From assembly GCA_963749445.1 (NCBI GenBank), contig CAVVMJ010000008.1, positions 1 to 63,147 of the forward strand: a DNA stretch of 63,147 bases. The letters are read 5' to 3'. The position numbers and the translations under genes were made by a program. Positions within the stretch are counted from its first letter, which is position 1. Each line of letters starts with the position of its first letter. The notes below the pieces were generated by a model that was given only the letters and a program-made list of their open reading frames with translations, was not told the DNA's origin and searched no databases. Origin of the DNA: an uncultured bacterium. Its GTDB lineage: Bacteria; Patescibacteriota; Doudnabacteria; UBA920. Shown in pieces: positions 9,843-19,912 of the stretch.

Positions 9843-11312
9843 ATGACCAACACGGAAGCGGTAGGGGAACTAAAAGCCAAGATTTTGGCCAAACGGCCGA
9901 TACTAGCCGGCCTGTTCGAGCGTTATGCCAATACCTCGGTCGGGGAATATAACCGGATTTTGGGGCCTACGGCGGTTGCGGTTGACGCTGTCCGCAAACA
10001 GGATTTTATTGCGGCGATTTCCGCGGAAGTTGCCGGGCATTTTTCCTCCGCGGTTGCGGCCAGCACGGCCAGGCAGCTTAAGGAGGAATACATGGTTTCC
10101 ACGGCTGAACACCACGGCCCTTTGACGCATCCGTTTTTTGTCCACAGCAATCTGCTGGCTGCGTCCCGGCCGCGGAAAAACATTATTGTTCTGGCCGTGG
10201 GCAACGTTTCTTTGAATAATTCTTCTTATCCGCGGGGTTTGATTTTCCATGGCGCGGACGGCGCGGAGCACCGCCTGCCGTTTTTCCCGTGGCGCGAACG
10301 CATGTCAGCCGTCTTTGGCCAAAGGGCTTTTGACAGGCGCGACCTTAACCGGCTGGACGGGGCGCTTAATTATAAAATCCAAAGCCGCGAATTGTCCGCT
10401 CCCGCGGCCGCGGCGGTTCGTGAATTTGTCCATGAGGTTTACGGCCAGCCGGAAATTTTGGAGCAGCCGGACTACAATCATCAAATAGTCAAAACTAACG
10501 ATCGGTTATGGAAACAATTTTTTGTTCGGTCAGCTTTTCAGCCGCCGCGTTTGCTAACGCTACAGCTGGAAGATGTGGTAATTAAGCTTCTTTGCCGGCA
10601 CCACCTTTTTGCCCAAACCGAGATTTACGATTTAATTTTCAGTCCCGAAGTCCACGAGCTTCTCAAACAGCATGCCGATGGTATTCCCGGTAATTTTCAG
10701 CTTAAACAGGGCAAGGGCACGTTTTTATTTTGGCATTATTCAGGCAATGGCCGCCGCCAATTGTGGCTTAAAGGGGGAGATTTGGTTTCCGCGGAAGGCG
10801 ATCGGGTGGAGCTTCGGCCGCAGGCGATTGCCGCCGCCCTGGAGAGCGGGCGGTTAATTCCCGGCACGTTTTTAAGCCTGCTGCTTTTGTCGGAATATTA
10901 CGGAGTCAAGTGTCTGGGCGGCTTTAGCCAGGGTACTTATTTGACCAGAATGCACCAGGCTTACAATTTAATGCGCGGCCGGCCGGCCGAAGATTTCAAT
11001 CGAGAGCACAGCAGCGGCCTGCGTAGTGATTTTGTTTTGGGTTATTTTCAGGACAATTTGGGGCGCTTTCAGGCGGCCAGCGGTTTGGATTTGGCCCTGC
11101 ACAACCACCCAAAATTCTGGGAAATTTTTTCCGAAACTATCGGCAAACTTACATTAGAGCAAGCCATGGCGCCGCTGTTTCCAGAATTGTACCGGGCTCT
11201 TTATTCGGCCGCCGAGCAGCAGCCGGAGTTATCAAAAATTACCGCGGATGATATAATAAATTTTTACAATCTGCCCGATAAAATTATCCCATGCATTAAC
11301 ATAACCTTATGA
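9843..11312 (+). CDS. hypothetical protein (489 aa)
   Basis: Uninterrupted ORF with no motif recognised. Its stop overlaps the next start (ATGA, 11309..11312). Confidence 0.6.
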   Translation: MTNTEAVGELKAKILAKRPILAGLFERYANTSVGEYNRILGPTAVAVDAVRKQDFIAAISAEVAGHFSSAVAASTARQLKEEYMVSTAEHHGPLTHPFFVHSNLLAASRPRKNIIVLAVGNVSLNNSSYPRGLIFHGADGAEHRLPFFPWRERMSAVFGQRAFDRRDLNRLDGALNYKIQSRELSAPAAAAVREFVHEVYGQPEILEQPDYNHQIVKTNDRLWKQFFVRSAFQPPRLLTLQLEDVVIKLLCRHHLFAQTEIYDLIFSPEVHELLKQHADGIPGNFQLKQGKGTFLFWHYSGNGRRQLWLKGGDLVSAEGDRVELRPQAIAAALESGRLIPGTFLSLLLLSEYYGVKCLGGFSQGTYLTRMHQAYNLMRGRPAEDFNREHSSGLRSDFVLGYFQDNLGRFQAASGLDLALHNHPKFWEIFSETIGKLTLEQAMAPLFPELYRALYSAAEQQPELSKITADDIINFYNLPDKIIPCINITL

Positions 11313-12181
11313 CATCGCCGAAAACGCCATTTTTTATTTATTCGCCGGGCGGCAACATAACCGCTTTAATTGAGACTGCCAGGCCTATGGATTTTTCTGC
11401 CGTCGCTGCCCGGGTGATGGAGCAGCGCCCCGAGGTGGAGCAGGTCGGATTTGTTATGCCGCCCAAAAAACCGTTGTGTGATTTCCATGTGGAAATGATG
11501 GGCGGCGAGTTTTGCGGTAACGCGGCCCGCTCGGCGGCTTTGCGTTGGTGTTTATCAGCCAAAAAAAATTCCGCGGTATTCACCGTGTCGGGTTTTGACG
11601 TGCCGCTGACCGCGCACGTGCAGGACAAGACCGTGACGCTGCGGATACCGGGGGAGTTTTTAAAATCAGCCGCCCAAGTGCCCGAAGGCTGGCTGGCGGA
11701 TTTTTACGGCATCCGTTTTTTGGTTATCGATAATGTGACGAACAAGAAAGATATTGAGAAGCTGGTTCACAAGTATCGCGATTCTATGCCGGCCATAGGC
11801 GTGATTGTTTTGCAAGCTTCAGAAAAAGGCCATTCCATTATCCCTTGGGTCTGGGTAGTATCAACCGGCACATTGATAAAAGAAAACGCTTGCGCCTCGG
11901 GCAGTATCGCGGCTGCCCTGGTTGTGCGCAAACAAGGTTTGGACTTGCCATCCTACAGCATTATCCAGCCCAGCGGCTCAGTCTTGTCTGTTGGCCTTGA
12001 GCCGCGATTTTTGGATGTAACTTTATCCGGCATTGTTGAATTTGTGTCCGAAAGGGGTTTTATAGAAATTTTGTTTGATAGGAATATCCTTGTCAGCAGC
12101 ACCGCTGACGATAATAATCGCGGGATGGATAAAGATCAGCCGGCGATCACACTATCACGAAAATTCCCACTAATCTGGTAA
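11309..12181 (+). CDS. DapF-fold (diaminopimelate-epimerase-like) two-cysteine racemase/epimerase family protein
   Basis: PGGNITALIE, GGEFCGNAARSAA and ENACASGSIAAA resemble the two Cys half-site motifs of DapF-type enzymes. Confidence 0.5.
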   Translation: MTSPKTPFFIYSPGGNITALIETARPMDFSAVAARVMEQRPEVEQVGFVMPPKKPLCDFHVEMMGGEFCGNAARSAALRWCLSAKKNSAVFTVSGFDVPLTAHVQDKTVTLRIPGEFLKSAAQVPEGWLADFYGIRFLVIDNVTNKKDIEKLVHKYRDSMPAIGVIVLQASEKGHSIIPWVWVVSTGTLIKENACASGSIAAALVVRKQGLDLPSYSIIQPSGSVLSVGLEPRFLDVTLSGIVEFVSERGFIEILFDRNILVSSTADDNNRGMDKDQPAITLSRKFPLIW

Positions 12182-12185
12182 ATCC

Positions 12186-12214
12186 TTGACCAGTAGTTAA
12201 AAATATGATATGAT
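12186..12214 (+). promoter_or_regulatory. sigma70-like promoter of the exporter operon
   Basis: TTGACC-17 nt-TATGAT. Confidence 0.5.
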
Positions 12215-12276
12215 AAGTATGAAACATCATACTTTGATTTTCGTTATAATCAGTGTCACATTAATCCAAAAATAAG

Positions 12277-12585
12277 ATGAAATCTAACATCCCAGCGAGA
12301 ATCCATAAGCGCATGACTAAGCAGGATAAATTTTACGGACTGACGACTATGGGGGTTCGCGGACAGATAGTGGTGCCCGCTGAAGCCAGGGCTGACCTCA
12401 GGCTAAAGCCCGGCGACCAGTTAGCGGTCATCGGCAAATTCGGCAAAGCCCTGGGCTTAATCAAAGCCGAAGAGTTACAGCAGCTGGCCAAAATCATCAT
12501 GAAAAATTTTGAGAGCACCGGCATGGAGGGACACGTGAAAGATTACATCAAACGGGTATTTGGCAAACATTTTTCTAACACTTAA
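12277..12585 (+). CDS. AbrB/MazE/SpoVT-family DNA-binding protein
   Basis: GQIVVPAEARADLRLKPGDQL looped-hinge-helix motif. Confidence 0.7.
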   Translation: MKSNIPARIHKRMTKQDKFYGLTTMGVRGQIVVPAEARADLRLKPGDQLAVIGKFGKALGLIKAEELQQLAKIIMKNFESTGMEGHVKDYIKRVFGKHFSNT

Positions 12586-12599
12586 TTTTTATTATTGCA

Positions 12600-14125
12600 A
12601 TGACGATCCGAGGATTTTTCACAAAAAAGAAAATTATTTGGGCGGCGATTATTTTGGTTGTGGCCGGTTTGATTGTTTGGAAAATCAAGAGCGGCAATAA
12701 TCCCGCCGGCAACATTTTGACCGATACGGTAAAAAGACAAAATCTCAAACAGACCGTTTTGGCTACCGGCCAGGTGGTGTCCAGCACGGATTTGGACCTG
12801 AGCTTCAAGGTCGGGGGCATTGTGGACAAAGTCAACGTCAAAGAGGGGGACAAAGTCAAGGCCGGCCAGGTCTTGGCTAATTTGGCGCAAGCCGACCAAG
12901 CGGCCGGCTTAACCCAGGCCCAGGGAGCCTTGGCCCAGGCCCAAGCCAACTACAATAAAGTTTTGGCCGGGGCGAGCAACGAAGATATCGCCGTGGCCCA
13001 GGTCGCTTTGGATAACGCCAAAACTTCTTTAGCCAACGCCATCGCCCAACAAAAAGTTTTGGTGGCTAACGCCTACAGCGCTTTGCTCAATTCCACTTTA
13101 ACCGCGGTGCCCAGTCCGACCAACGCCAGCGGGGTGACCATTACGGTCAGCGGCACTTATACCGGCACGGACCAGGGAGTTTACGGCATTTCAATTTACA
13201 GCACCGGTTCCGGCCAGAAGTTTAATGTTACCGGTTTGGAGACGGGCAGCGGTGACGTTAAGGCCGTGCCGATCCCTTTGGGAACCAGAGGGCTATCCAT
13301 CCAATTTTCCTCAATAGGCGTCAATGCCGGCGACAGCTGGACCATAACGGTCCCAAATACCCAAAGTTCAACTTATGTCACTAACTACAATGCTTATCAG
13401 GCCGCCTTGCAGACTCAACTTACCGGCGTGGCTGCGGCCCAGAGCAGCGTTTCCGCAGCCCAGGCCAATTTGGATTTAAAGAAAGCCCAAGCCCGGCCCG
13501 CGGACGTGCAGGCCGCCGAGGCGCAAATTTTAATCGCCCAGGGCCAGGTTCAGGCGGCCCAGGCGGCTTTGGAGAATACGATTATCCGCGCGCCGGCTGA
13601 CGGTACCATCACTTCAGTGGACATTAAAGTCGGGGAACAGGCCACGCCTTCCAAAGAGGCCGTGATTTTGCAGGACGTGGGAAATCTGCACATTGAAGCC
13701 AATGTCAGCGAAGCCAATATCGCTTCCGTGGCGCCCGACCAAACCGTGGACGTGACTTTTGACGCGCTCGGCCCGGACCGGCAATTTATGGCTACGGTGC
13801 GACGGTCAACCCGGCTTCCACGGTCATTTCCGGCGTGGTGGATTATTTGGTCAAGGCCAGTTTGCCCAATGACGTTTCAGAAATCAAACCGGGCATGACC
13901 GCCAATATGACCATTTTGGTCGGCGAAAAGGACAATGTCTTGGCCATCCCGCAGCGCGCGGTCATCAGCGACGGCAAAAAAAACGTACGCGTGATTGACA
14001 ACGACAAAAATAAAACTTATCACGAAGTGGAAGTGCAGACCGGCATGGAAGCCGATGGGGGATTGGTGGAGATTACTTCGGGCCTGAATGAAGGGCAGGA
14101 GATAGTGACGTATATTAAACAGTAG
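12600..14125 (+). CDS. HlyD/MacA-type periplasmic adaptor; one frame break
   Basis: N-terminal TM helix, Ala/Gln-rich coiled coil and C-terminal barrel region. ORFs 12600..13898 and 13835..14125 join at ~13785. Confidence 0.75.
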
Positions 14126-14227
14126 TTGGTTTTAAGTTATAGGAGCCGGTTTAGTAAATGGTCATAGGGTTTTGGTAACTTACAACTTTCGCCTTAAAAC
14201 CATACTGGTTTCCATAACCAATAACAT

Positions 14228-14950
14228 ATGCCTATGCTTCTTATCAAAGTCCAAAATCTCACCAAAGATTACGTCAACGAAGGCGTGGTGACGCCGGTGT
14301 TGCACGGCGACAGCTTTACCATTGACAGCGGGGAGTTTGTGGCCATAATGGGACCTTCAGGCTCCGGCAAATCCACTTTGATGCACATTTTGAGCTTTTT
14401 GGACCGGCCGACTGCCGGCCTGTATGAGTTTGAAGGCAAAAATACCCAAGAATTTCCGGATGATTATTTGGCCGAACTGCGGAACGAACGCGTTGGTTTT
14501 GTGTTCCAGTCGTTCAATCTTTTGGCCCGCACCACGGTGCTGGACAACGTCAAACTGCCCCTTATTTACAGCAAAAAAAAAAATCACGATTATCTGGCCA
14601 AACAGGCGCTGGAAGCGGTCGGGCTGTCGCACCGTCTGGATTATTACACCAACCAGATTTCCGGCGGGGAAAAACAGCGCGTGGCCATTGCCCGGGCTTT
14701 GGTTTGCGACCCGGCCGTAATTTTTGCCGACGAGCCGACGGGCAATTTGGACAGCAAAAGCGGCAACGCGGTTATGGAAATTTTGCAAAATCTGAACAAC
14801 CAGGGACGCACCATTATTTTAGTGACCCACGAAATGGATACGGCCAACCATGCCAAACGGATTATCCGCATCAAGGACGGCCAGCTGGTTGACGACCAGC
14901 CGGTGTTAAAGCGCACCATCGCCACGGCGGAGAGAGAATTGGTTAAGTAG
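14228..14950 (+). CDS. MacB/LolD-type ABC transporter ATP-binding protein
   Basis: Walker [10 protein letters not shown], signature [15 protein letters not shown], Walker [12 protein letters not shown]. Confidence 0.9.
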   Translation: MPMLLIKVQNLTKDYVNEGVVTPVLHGDSFTIDSGEFVAIMGPSGSGKSTLMHILSFLDRPTAGLYEFEGKNTQEFPDDYLAELRNERVGFVFQSFNLLARTTVLDNVKLPLIYSKKKNHDYLAKQALEAVGLSHRLDYYTNQISGGEKQRVAIARALVCDPAVIFADEPTGNLDSKSGNAVMEILQNLNNQGRTIILVTHEMDTANHAKRIIRIKDGQLVDDQPVLKRTIATAERELVK

Positions 14951-15057
14951 TAATCGCAAATATACAAATTTAGACAAATTTACAAATCCTCAGGTGAAAC
15001 CGTCCGCAGGTTTGTCATTTGTATATTTGTGTTGATTTGTATATTTGGGAACACTAC
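14947..15057. repeat. word-hairpin element, family A copy 1
   Basis: Termini GTAGTAATCGCAAATATACAAAT / ATTTGTATATTTGGGAACACTAC. Arms are built from TACAAAT words. Spans stop 14948-50 to 3 nt before ATG 15060. Confidence 0.8.
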
Positions 15058-15059
15058 CG

Positions 15060-16341
15060 ATGAACTTCTTCAGCACCATCAAACTCGTCATCCGCACCCT
15101 GCTGGCCCGCAAAGGCCGGTCGTTTTTAACCATCCTCGGCATTGTCATCGGCGTGGCCGGAGTGATTATCATTATTGCGCTCGGAGCCGGGCGCACAATC
15201 GCTGGTGTTCGGGCAAGTTACCAAATTGGGCTCGAATTTATTGAGCGTCCAGCCCGGCAAGAGCAATGAAAAAGGGCCGCCGGCGCAATTGTTCGGCATT
15301 GTGGTGACTACGCTGACTACGGACGACGCCAATGCTTTGCGCGACACCGGCCGCGTGCCGCACGCTCTGGCCGTAAACAGCTTAGTGCGCGGCACTGCCA
15401 CCGTCACCTGGGAAAACCAAACGGCGGACACCAATTTTGTCGGCACGGATTACCATTATCCGGGCGTGATTAGTTTTGACATGAAGGAAGGGCAGTTTTT
15501 TGACCAGCCGCAGGAACAGGGAAACGCCAACGTCGTGGTGCTCGGCTCAACGGTGGCCGATGAGTTGTTCGGCGGCCAGAACGTGGATCCGGTCGGCCAG
15601 GTCATTAAAGTCCGGACCGCTTCCCAAAGTTCGCAAAACCAGCCCGGCGGCATTCCCTTGCGCGTCATCGGCGTGGTGGCGCCGCGCGGCACTTCTTTTT
15701 TTCAGGACCAGGATGACCAGATTTTCCTGCCGTTGGCCATTGGCCAGCAGCAGCTTTTGGGCATCCATTACTTGCAGGCCATTAACATTAAAGTTGACTC
15801 TTCGGATACGGTCCAGCAGACCATTAACGATGTAGACGCAGTGATGAGGCAGCAGCATCACATTAAGCAGGATTCGGATCTTGATTACACCATACGCAAC
15901 ATTGCCGATGCCATCAGCATTCTTTCGACCATTACCAACGCGCTGACGCTGTTTTTAACGGCCATGGCTGCGATTGCTTTGTTGGTGGGCGGCATCGGCA
16001 TTTTGAATATTATGATGGTGACTGTGGCCGAGCGCACGCGAGAAATCGGTTTGCGCAAAGCCGTGGGCGCCGGCAATGCAGCCATTCGCAACCAATTTTT
16101 GTTGGAAGCAGGCACTTTAACCAGCCTCGGGGGAGTGGTGGGCATTATCGTGGGCATTATTGTTTCTTATTTTATTTCATTGTTAATGCACGCCTTAGGT
16201 TATGATTGGGCGTTCGTGATTTCCCTTACTTCGGTTGTTTTAGCGGTTGGCGTTTCCGTTTTGACCGGCGTGGTGTTTGGCCTTTATCCGGCGTTTAAGG
16301 CCGCCAAATTAAATCCGATTGAAGCGCTGAGGTATGAGTGA
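15060..16341 (+). CDS. MacB/FtsX-type ABC permease 1; one frame break
   Basis: N-terminal TM helix, large extracytoplasmic domain, FtsX bundle with ERTREIGLRKAVGA. Break at ~15192. Confidence 0.8.
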
Positions 16342-16455
16342 TTACAGATACAAATATACAAATAGTACAAATGCTACAAATCATACAAAATTTTGCTTAG
16401 TAGGTATTAGTATTATTTGTTTCATTTGTATGAATTTGTAGATTAGTATCTAACA
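16342..16455. repeat. word-hairpin (TACAAAT words), family A-like
   Basis: Left arm is ACAAAT-type words x5 and the right arm is ATTTGT words. It fills the whole spacer from stop 16341 to ATG 16459. Confidence 0.7.
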
Positions 16456-16458
16456 TTT

Positions 16459-17712
16459 ATGTTTACCGCTTTCCGCCAATCCATCAAAGCTCTGTTTGCC
16501 AATCCCGCCAGGACGGGACTGACGACTTTGGGTATTGTTATCGGCATTTCCACGGTGATTTTGGTTTTGTCCGCGGGCGCTGGCTTCCGAAGTTTGATTG
16601 ACGACCAGGTGGCCGCGCTTGGCAGCAACACTTTGTTTATTGAAACCCGCGTGCCGCCGACCACCAAGAACCGCGCTGCGAGCCAAAACACCACCAATAC
16701 TTCCGGTTTTTCCGGTGTGACCATTACCAGTTTCAAACAGCGCGATTTGGATAACATTAAGATTTTGGGAAACGTGGTGGATGGTTATGGCGAAGTCATC
16801 GGCCAGGCCGTGGTCAGTTATGGCAACAACGAAAAGAGTGCATTGTATTATGGCGCTTCTGCCGAAAAGTTTAATATAGATAAGCATACTTTAAAAGAAG
16901 GCCGGTTTTACACGCCGGGCGAAGACACCGGCGCGGCCCAGGTGGCGATTTTGGGAAACAGTTTGGCCACGGATTTGTTTGACGGGCAGGACCCTTTGGG
17001 CAGGCTAATCCGCGTCGGCAATTTGAATTTTTTGGTCATTGGCGTATATAATCCTTTGGGTTTGGCCGGCGGGGGCACGGCCGATGACAGTTTGTATCTC
17101 CCGTTGAATACGGCCCAGAAAAAATTGCTCGGCATAGACTACCTGCAAATCGGCGTGGTGCAGGTGCAAAATATCAATTTGGCTGATGCCACGATAGATG
17201 ATATCAAGGACGTTCTGCGCCACAATCATAACATCACCGATCCGGCCAAAGATGATTTTATTGGTGGAAAGCCAGGCGCAGGCACTGGATACTTTTAATA
17301 CGATTTTTAACGGCATCACCATTTTGTTGATTTGCATTGCCGCGATTTCTTTGATTGTGGGCGGCGTGGGCATTATGAATATTATGTACGTGGTGGTGAC
17401 GGAGCGCACGGCGGAAATCGGCCTGAAAAAAGCCTTGGGCGCCAAGAACGCCGACATTTTGATGGGATTTTTAATTGAATCCTTTTGGTTACCGTCATTG
17501 GCGGCGTGGTCGGGATTATTTTTGGCGGATTTTTAGGCTGGGTGGTGGCGTTAATTGCCCACGCGGCCGGGCTGGTTTGGGTGTTCAGTGTGCCGCTGTA
17601 TTCCATTTTTATCGCCGTCGGCGTTTCCGGCGGCATCGGCATTGCTTTTGGCGTGTTACCGGCCCGCGCGGCTTCCAAGCTGGATCCGGTGGAAGCGATG
17701 AGATACGAGTAA
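16459..17712 (+). CDS. MacB/FtsX-type ABC permease 2; two compensating frame breaks
   Basis: ORFs 16459..17298, 17198..17536 and 17485..17712 read as one protein (ERTAEIGLKKALGA). Breaks at ~17285 and ~17480. Confidence 0.8.
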
Positions 17713-17808
17713 TCTCTACTAAATACTAAAATATACTAAAGGTACTAAATACTAAACTGGCAAATAGGAGTTTAGTATTTTTAGCATCCTTTCGTATTTA
17801 GTAGAAGG
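17713..17808. repeat. word-hairpin element, family B copy 1 (ACTAAAT words)
   Basis: About 85% identical over its full length to 54687..54780. Starts right after stop 17710-12. Confidence 0.8.
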
Positions 17809-17852
17809 TTTATGTTATAATAGAATTGAGCAAGTAACACAAGGAAACCAAA

Positions 17853-19082
17853 ATGACCAAAATCATCATTGCCGGAGCGGGGTTTGGGGGGCTGAATTTG
17901 GCTTTGGGGCTGGAAAAGAAATTTCGCCATCAGAAAGACGTTAGCATTACGCTTGTTGACCGGTACGATTACCATTTGTACAGTCCGAACCTGTATGAAG
18001 TGGCGACCGCGGAAGAGGAATTTACCGGCATCAGCCAGCTGAAAAAAAGCATTGCCCTGCCTTTTCGGAAGCTGTTAAAAAACAAACGGGTTAATTTTGT
18101 CCAGGGTGAAGTGGGTTTTATAGACCAAGCGCGCCGCAAAATCAAGGCCGGCATCCGCGAGCTGGATTATGATTTTTTGGTTTTGGCAATGGGTTCCCAA
18201 ACCGAATATTTCGGCATTTCGGGAGCCGAACAATATGCGCTGCCGCTGAAAAGTTTGAAAGACGCTTTTAGGATCCGTAACGCTTTGGAGTTTGCGGTAG
18301 AGGGGCGCAAAAACGACGCCGTCAAACAGTATGTGCGTTTTATTGTGGTTGGCGGCGGCTGCGGCGGCGTGGGACTTTCGGCGGAAATGGCCAAGCTGGC
18401 AAACATTTTGGCCTGGAAAAACAGTTATCCGCGCGAAAAAATTGAGGTGATGATTGTGGAGGCGGCCAATCAACTTATCCCAGGGCTTGACGAAAAAGCC
18501 GGTTTGGACATTCTTTATCGGTTAAAAAATTTGGGGGTGAATATAAAATTATTGAGCCCGGCTGTTAAAGTGGAGCGGCATTTTATTACGCTTCTTTCCG
18601 GAGAGCGCATTTTATACGACGCGCTGGTTTGGGTTGCGGGCGCGCGCGGCCGGGATTATGCGGGTCTCAATTGTGAGCGCAGCTTTCGCGGTAAAGTTGA
18701 AACCGATGAATTTTTAAGGGTAAAAGGTCAGGCCAACATATTTGTTTTGGGGGATGCGGCCGGCGTTTTGGCACCGGATAAATCTTCGGTTTCCGCCAAC
18801 GCGTGGGCCGCGGTGGCAGAGGCCGAATATTTGGCCAAAGCTTTGCCGCTGTTGATGCAAAACAAAAAGCCCGAAGCTTTCATGCCCGGCAAAAATTCGT
18901 TGATTGTGCCCGTGGGCGGCAAATGGGCTTTGTTAAAAACGGATAAATTTTATTTTAAGGGATATTTTCCGTACCTGCTGCGCCTTTATATTATTGCGCG
19001 TTATTTTGCGCGGCTAATCGGTTGGCGCAAAGCCATCAAGTACACGCTGTTTGAGGCCGAGCTTTATGGTAGGAACGATTAG
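17853..19082 (+). CDS. NAD(P)/FAD-dependent oxidoreductase, NDH-2-like
   Basis: Two dinucleotide-binding motifs, GAGFGG and VGGGCGGV. Confidence 0.7.
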   Translation: MTKIIIAGAGFGGLNLALGLEKKFRHQKDVSITLVDRYDYHLYSPNLYEVATAEEEFTGISQLKKSIALPFRKLLKNKRVNFVQGEVGFIDQARRKIKAGIRELDYDFLVLAMGSQTEYFGISGAEQYALPLKSLKDAFRIRNALEFAVEGRKNDAVKQYVRFIVVGGGCGGVGLSAEMAKLANILAWKNSYPREKIEVMIVEAANQLIPGLDEKAGLDILYRLKNLGVNIKLLSPAVKVERHFITLLSGERILYDALVWVAGARGRDYAGLNCERSFRGKVETDEFLRVKGQANIFVLGDAAGVLAPDKSSVSANAWAAVAEAEYLAKALPLLMQNKKPEAFMPGKNSLIVPVGGKWALLKTDKFYFKGYFPYLLRLYIIARYFARLIGWRKAIKYTLFEAELYGRND

Positions 19083-19189
19083 CTACGGATTAATACGAAT
19101 CTACAGAAAACCGCAGAACTTGTAGTATGTCGATTTATCGGCGATGTAGTGGCGGCCATTGGCCGCCCTTTTTGTAGTCTAAATTAGTT

Positions 19190-19223
19190 GTTGATAAAAC
19201 GCGCGGCCGCGCGTTTTATCAAC
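19190..19223. terminator. perfect 34-nt palindrome, bidirectional terminator
   Basis: GTTGATAAAACGCGCGG|CCGCGCGTTTTATCAAC. Confidence 0.6.
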
Positions 19224-19236
19224 AAAGGATATTAGC

Positions 19237-19265
19237 TTGACACTCGCAGAGAGAGAGTATTATAA
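19237..19265 (+). promoter_or_regulatory. sigma70-like promoter
   Basis: TTGACA-15/17 nt-TATTAT/TTATAA. The spacer contains GAGAGAGAG. Confidence 0.5.
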
Positions 19266-19332
19266 GGGCAAGATTTCCGTCAGAGGCGGATCCGCCTATG
19301 GCGGAAAGATTAATAATTTTGAAAGGAAAAAT

Positions 19333-19743
19333 ATGCCTTCAAGAAAAGTAGTTCCTGGATTCCAAGATCCCAGTTTTACGGAGGGCGAGGCAGCTTTTGT
19401 AGCAGAAAAACGTGCCAGCAAGACAGGCCAGGACTTAGAGGAGAGTGTTGCTCAGGAATCGTTGCGCAGAGACACAATGGATACAAAAGGAATGAAAACT
19501 TGGAGAGGAAGGATACAAAAATTGTATCAAGATACGGCGGAAATATACGGATCATTTAAAGCTTTTGTTACTAATGGAATTCCTCCCCCTGAAGGCCATG
19601 CGGCATCTTTGATTCAACAAGAGCTTATTTATAAGGATGGCACAAAAACGGGTGGCTATGGGCTTAGGCCATGGCAACTGAGAGACCAGATTGCAACAGA
19701 ACTCCAAGCCGGAGCGTTTGAAAACAGGGACACAGGTACTTGA
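19333..19743 (+). CDS. hypothetical protein (136 aa)
   Basis: ATG 19333 preceded by GAAAGGAAAAAT. The track ORF starts at the TTG of the -35 box, which is unlikely to be the true start. Confidence 0.5.
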   Translation: MPSRKVVPGFQDPSFTEGEAAFVAEKRASKTGQDLEESVAQESLRRDTMDTKGMKTWRGRIQKLYQDTAEIYGSFKAFVTNGIPPPEGHAASLIQQELIYKDGTKTGGYGLRPWQLRDQIATELQAGAFENRDTGT

Positions 19744-19763
19744 GGAGTTTTTTAGATAAGAAT

Positions 19764-19789
19764 AAAACCGAGTAGCTACTCGGTTTTTT
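19764..19789 (+). terminator. intrinsic terminator
   Basis: AAAACCGAGTAG|CTACTCGGTTTT followed by a T-run. Confidence 0.7.
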
Positions 19790-19826
19790 CTTGGCTTAAT
19801 GTTTTTTTGCGTTGTGTTTTGTAATT

Positions 19827-19909
19827 AGCCGATTTATCGGCTGTTGATATCAGACAGCCCATAAATGGGCTAACTACGCTTGGAAACTATCGATCGCCGA
19901 TAAATCGGC
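19827..19909. repeat. cluster of 14-16-nt perfect mini-palindromes
   Basis: AGCCGATTTATCGGCT, AGCCCATAAATGGGCT and GCCGATAAATCGGC. Related copies lie at ~19129..19143 and ~215..232. Confidence 0.6.
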
Positions 19910-19912
19910 ACG

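Noticed and set aside
19243-19260. A shared GAGAGAGAGAGTA motif precedes the two hypothetical genes flanking topA (19243-19260 and 22517-22531). It was considered as a common operator.
   Set aside because: There are only two occurrences, the flanking promoter geometry differs, and the downstream proteins are unrelated. A simple GA repeat is too weak a signal to call.
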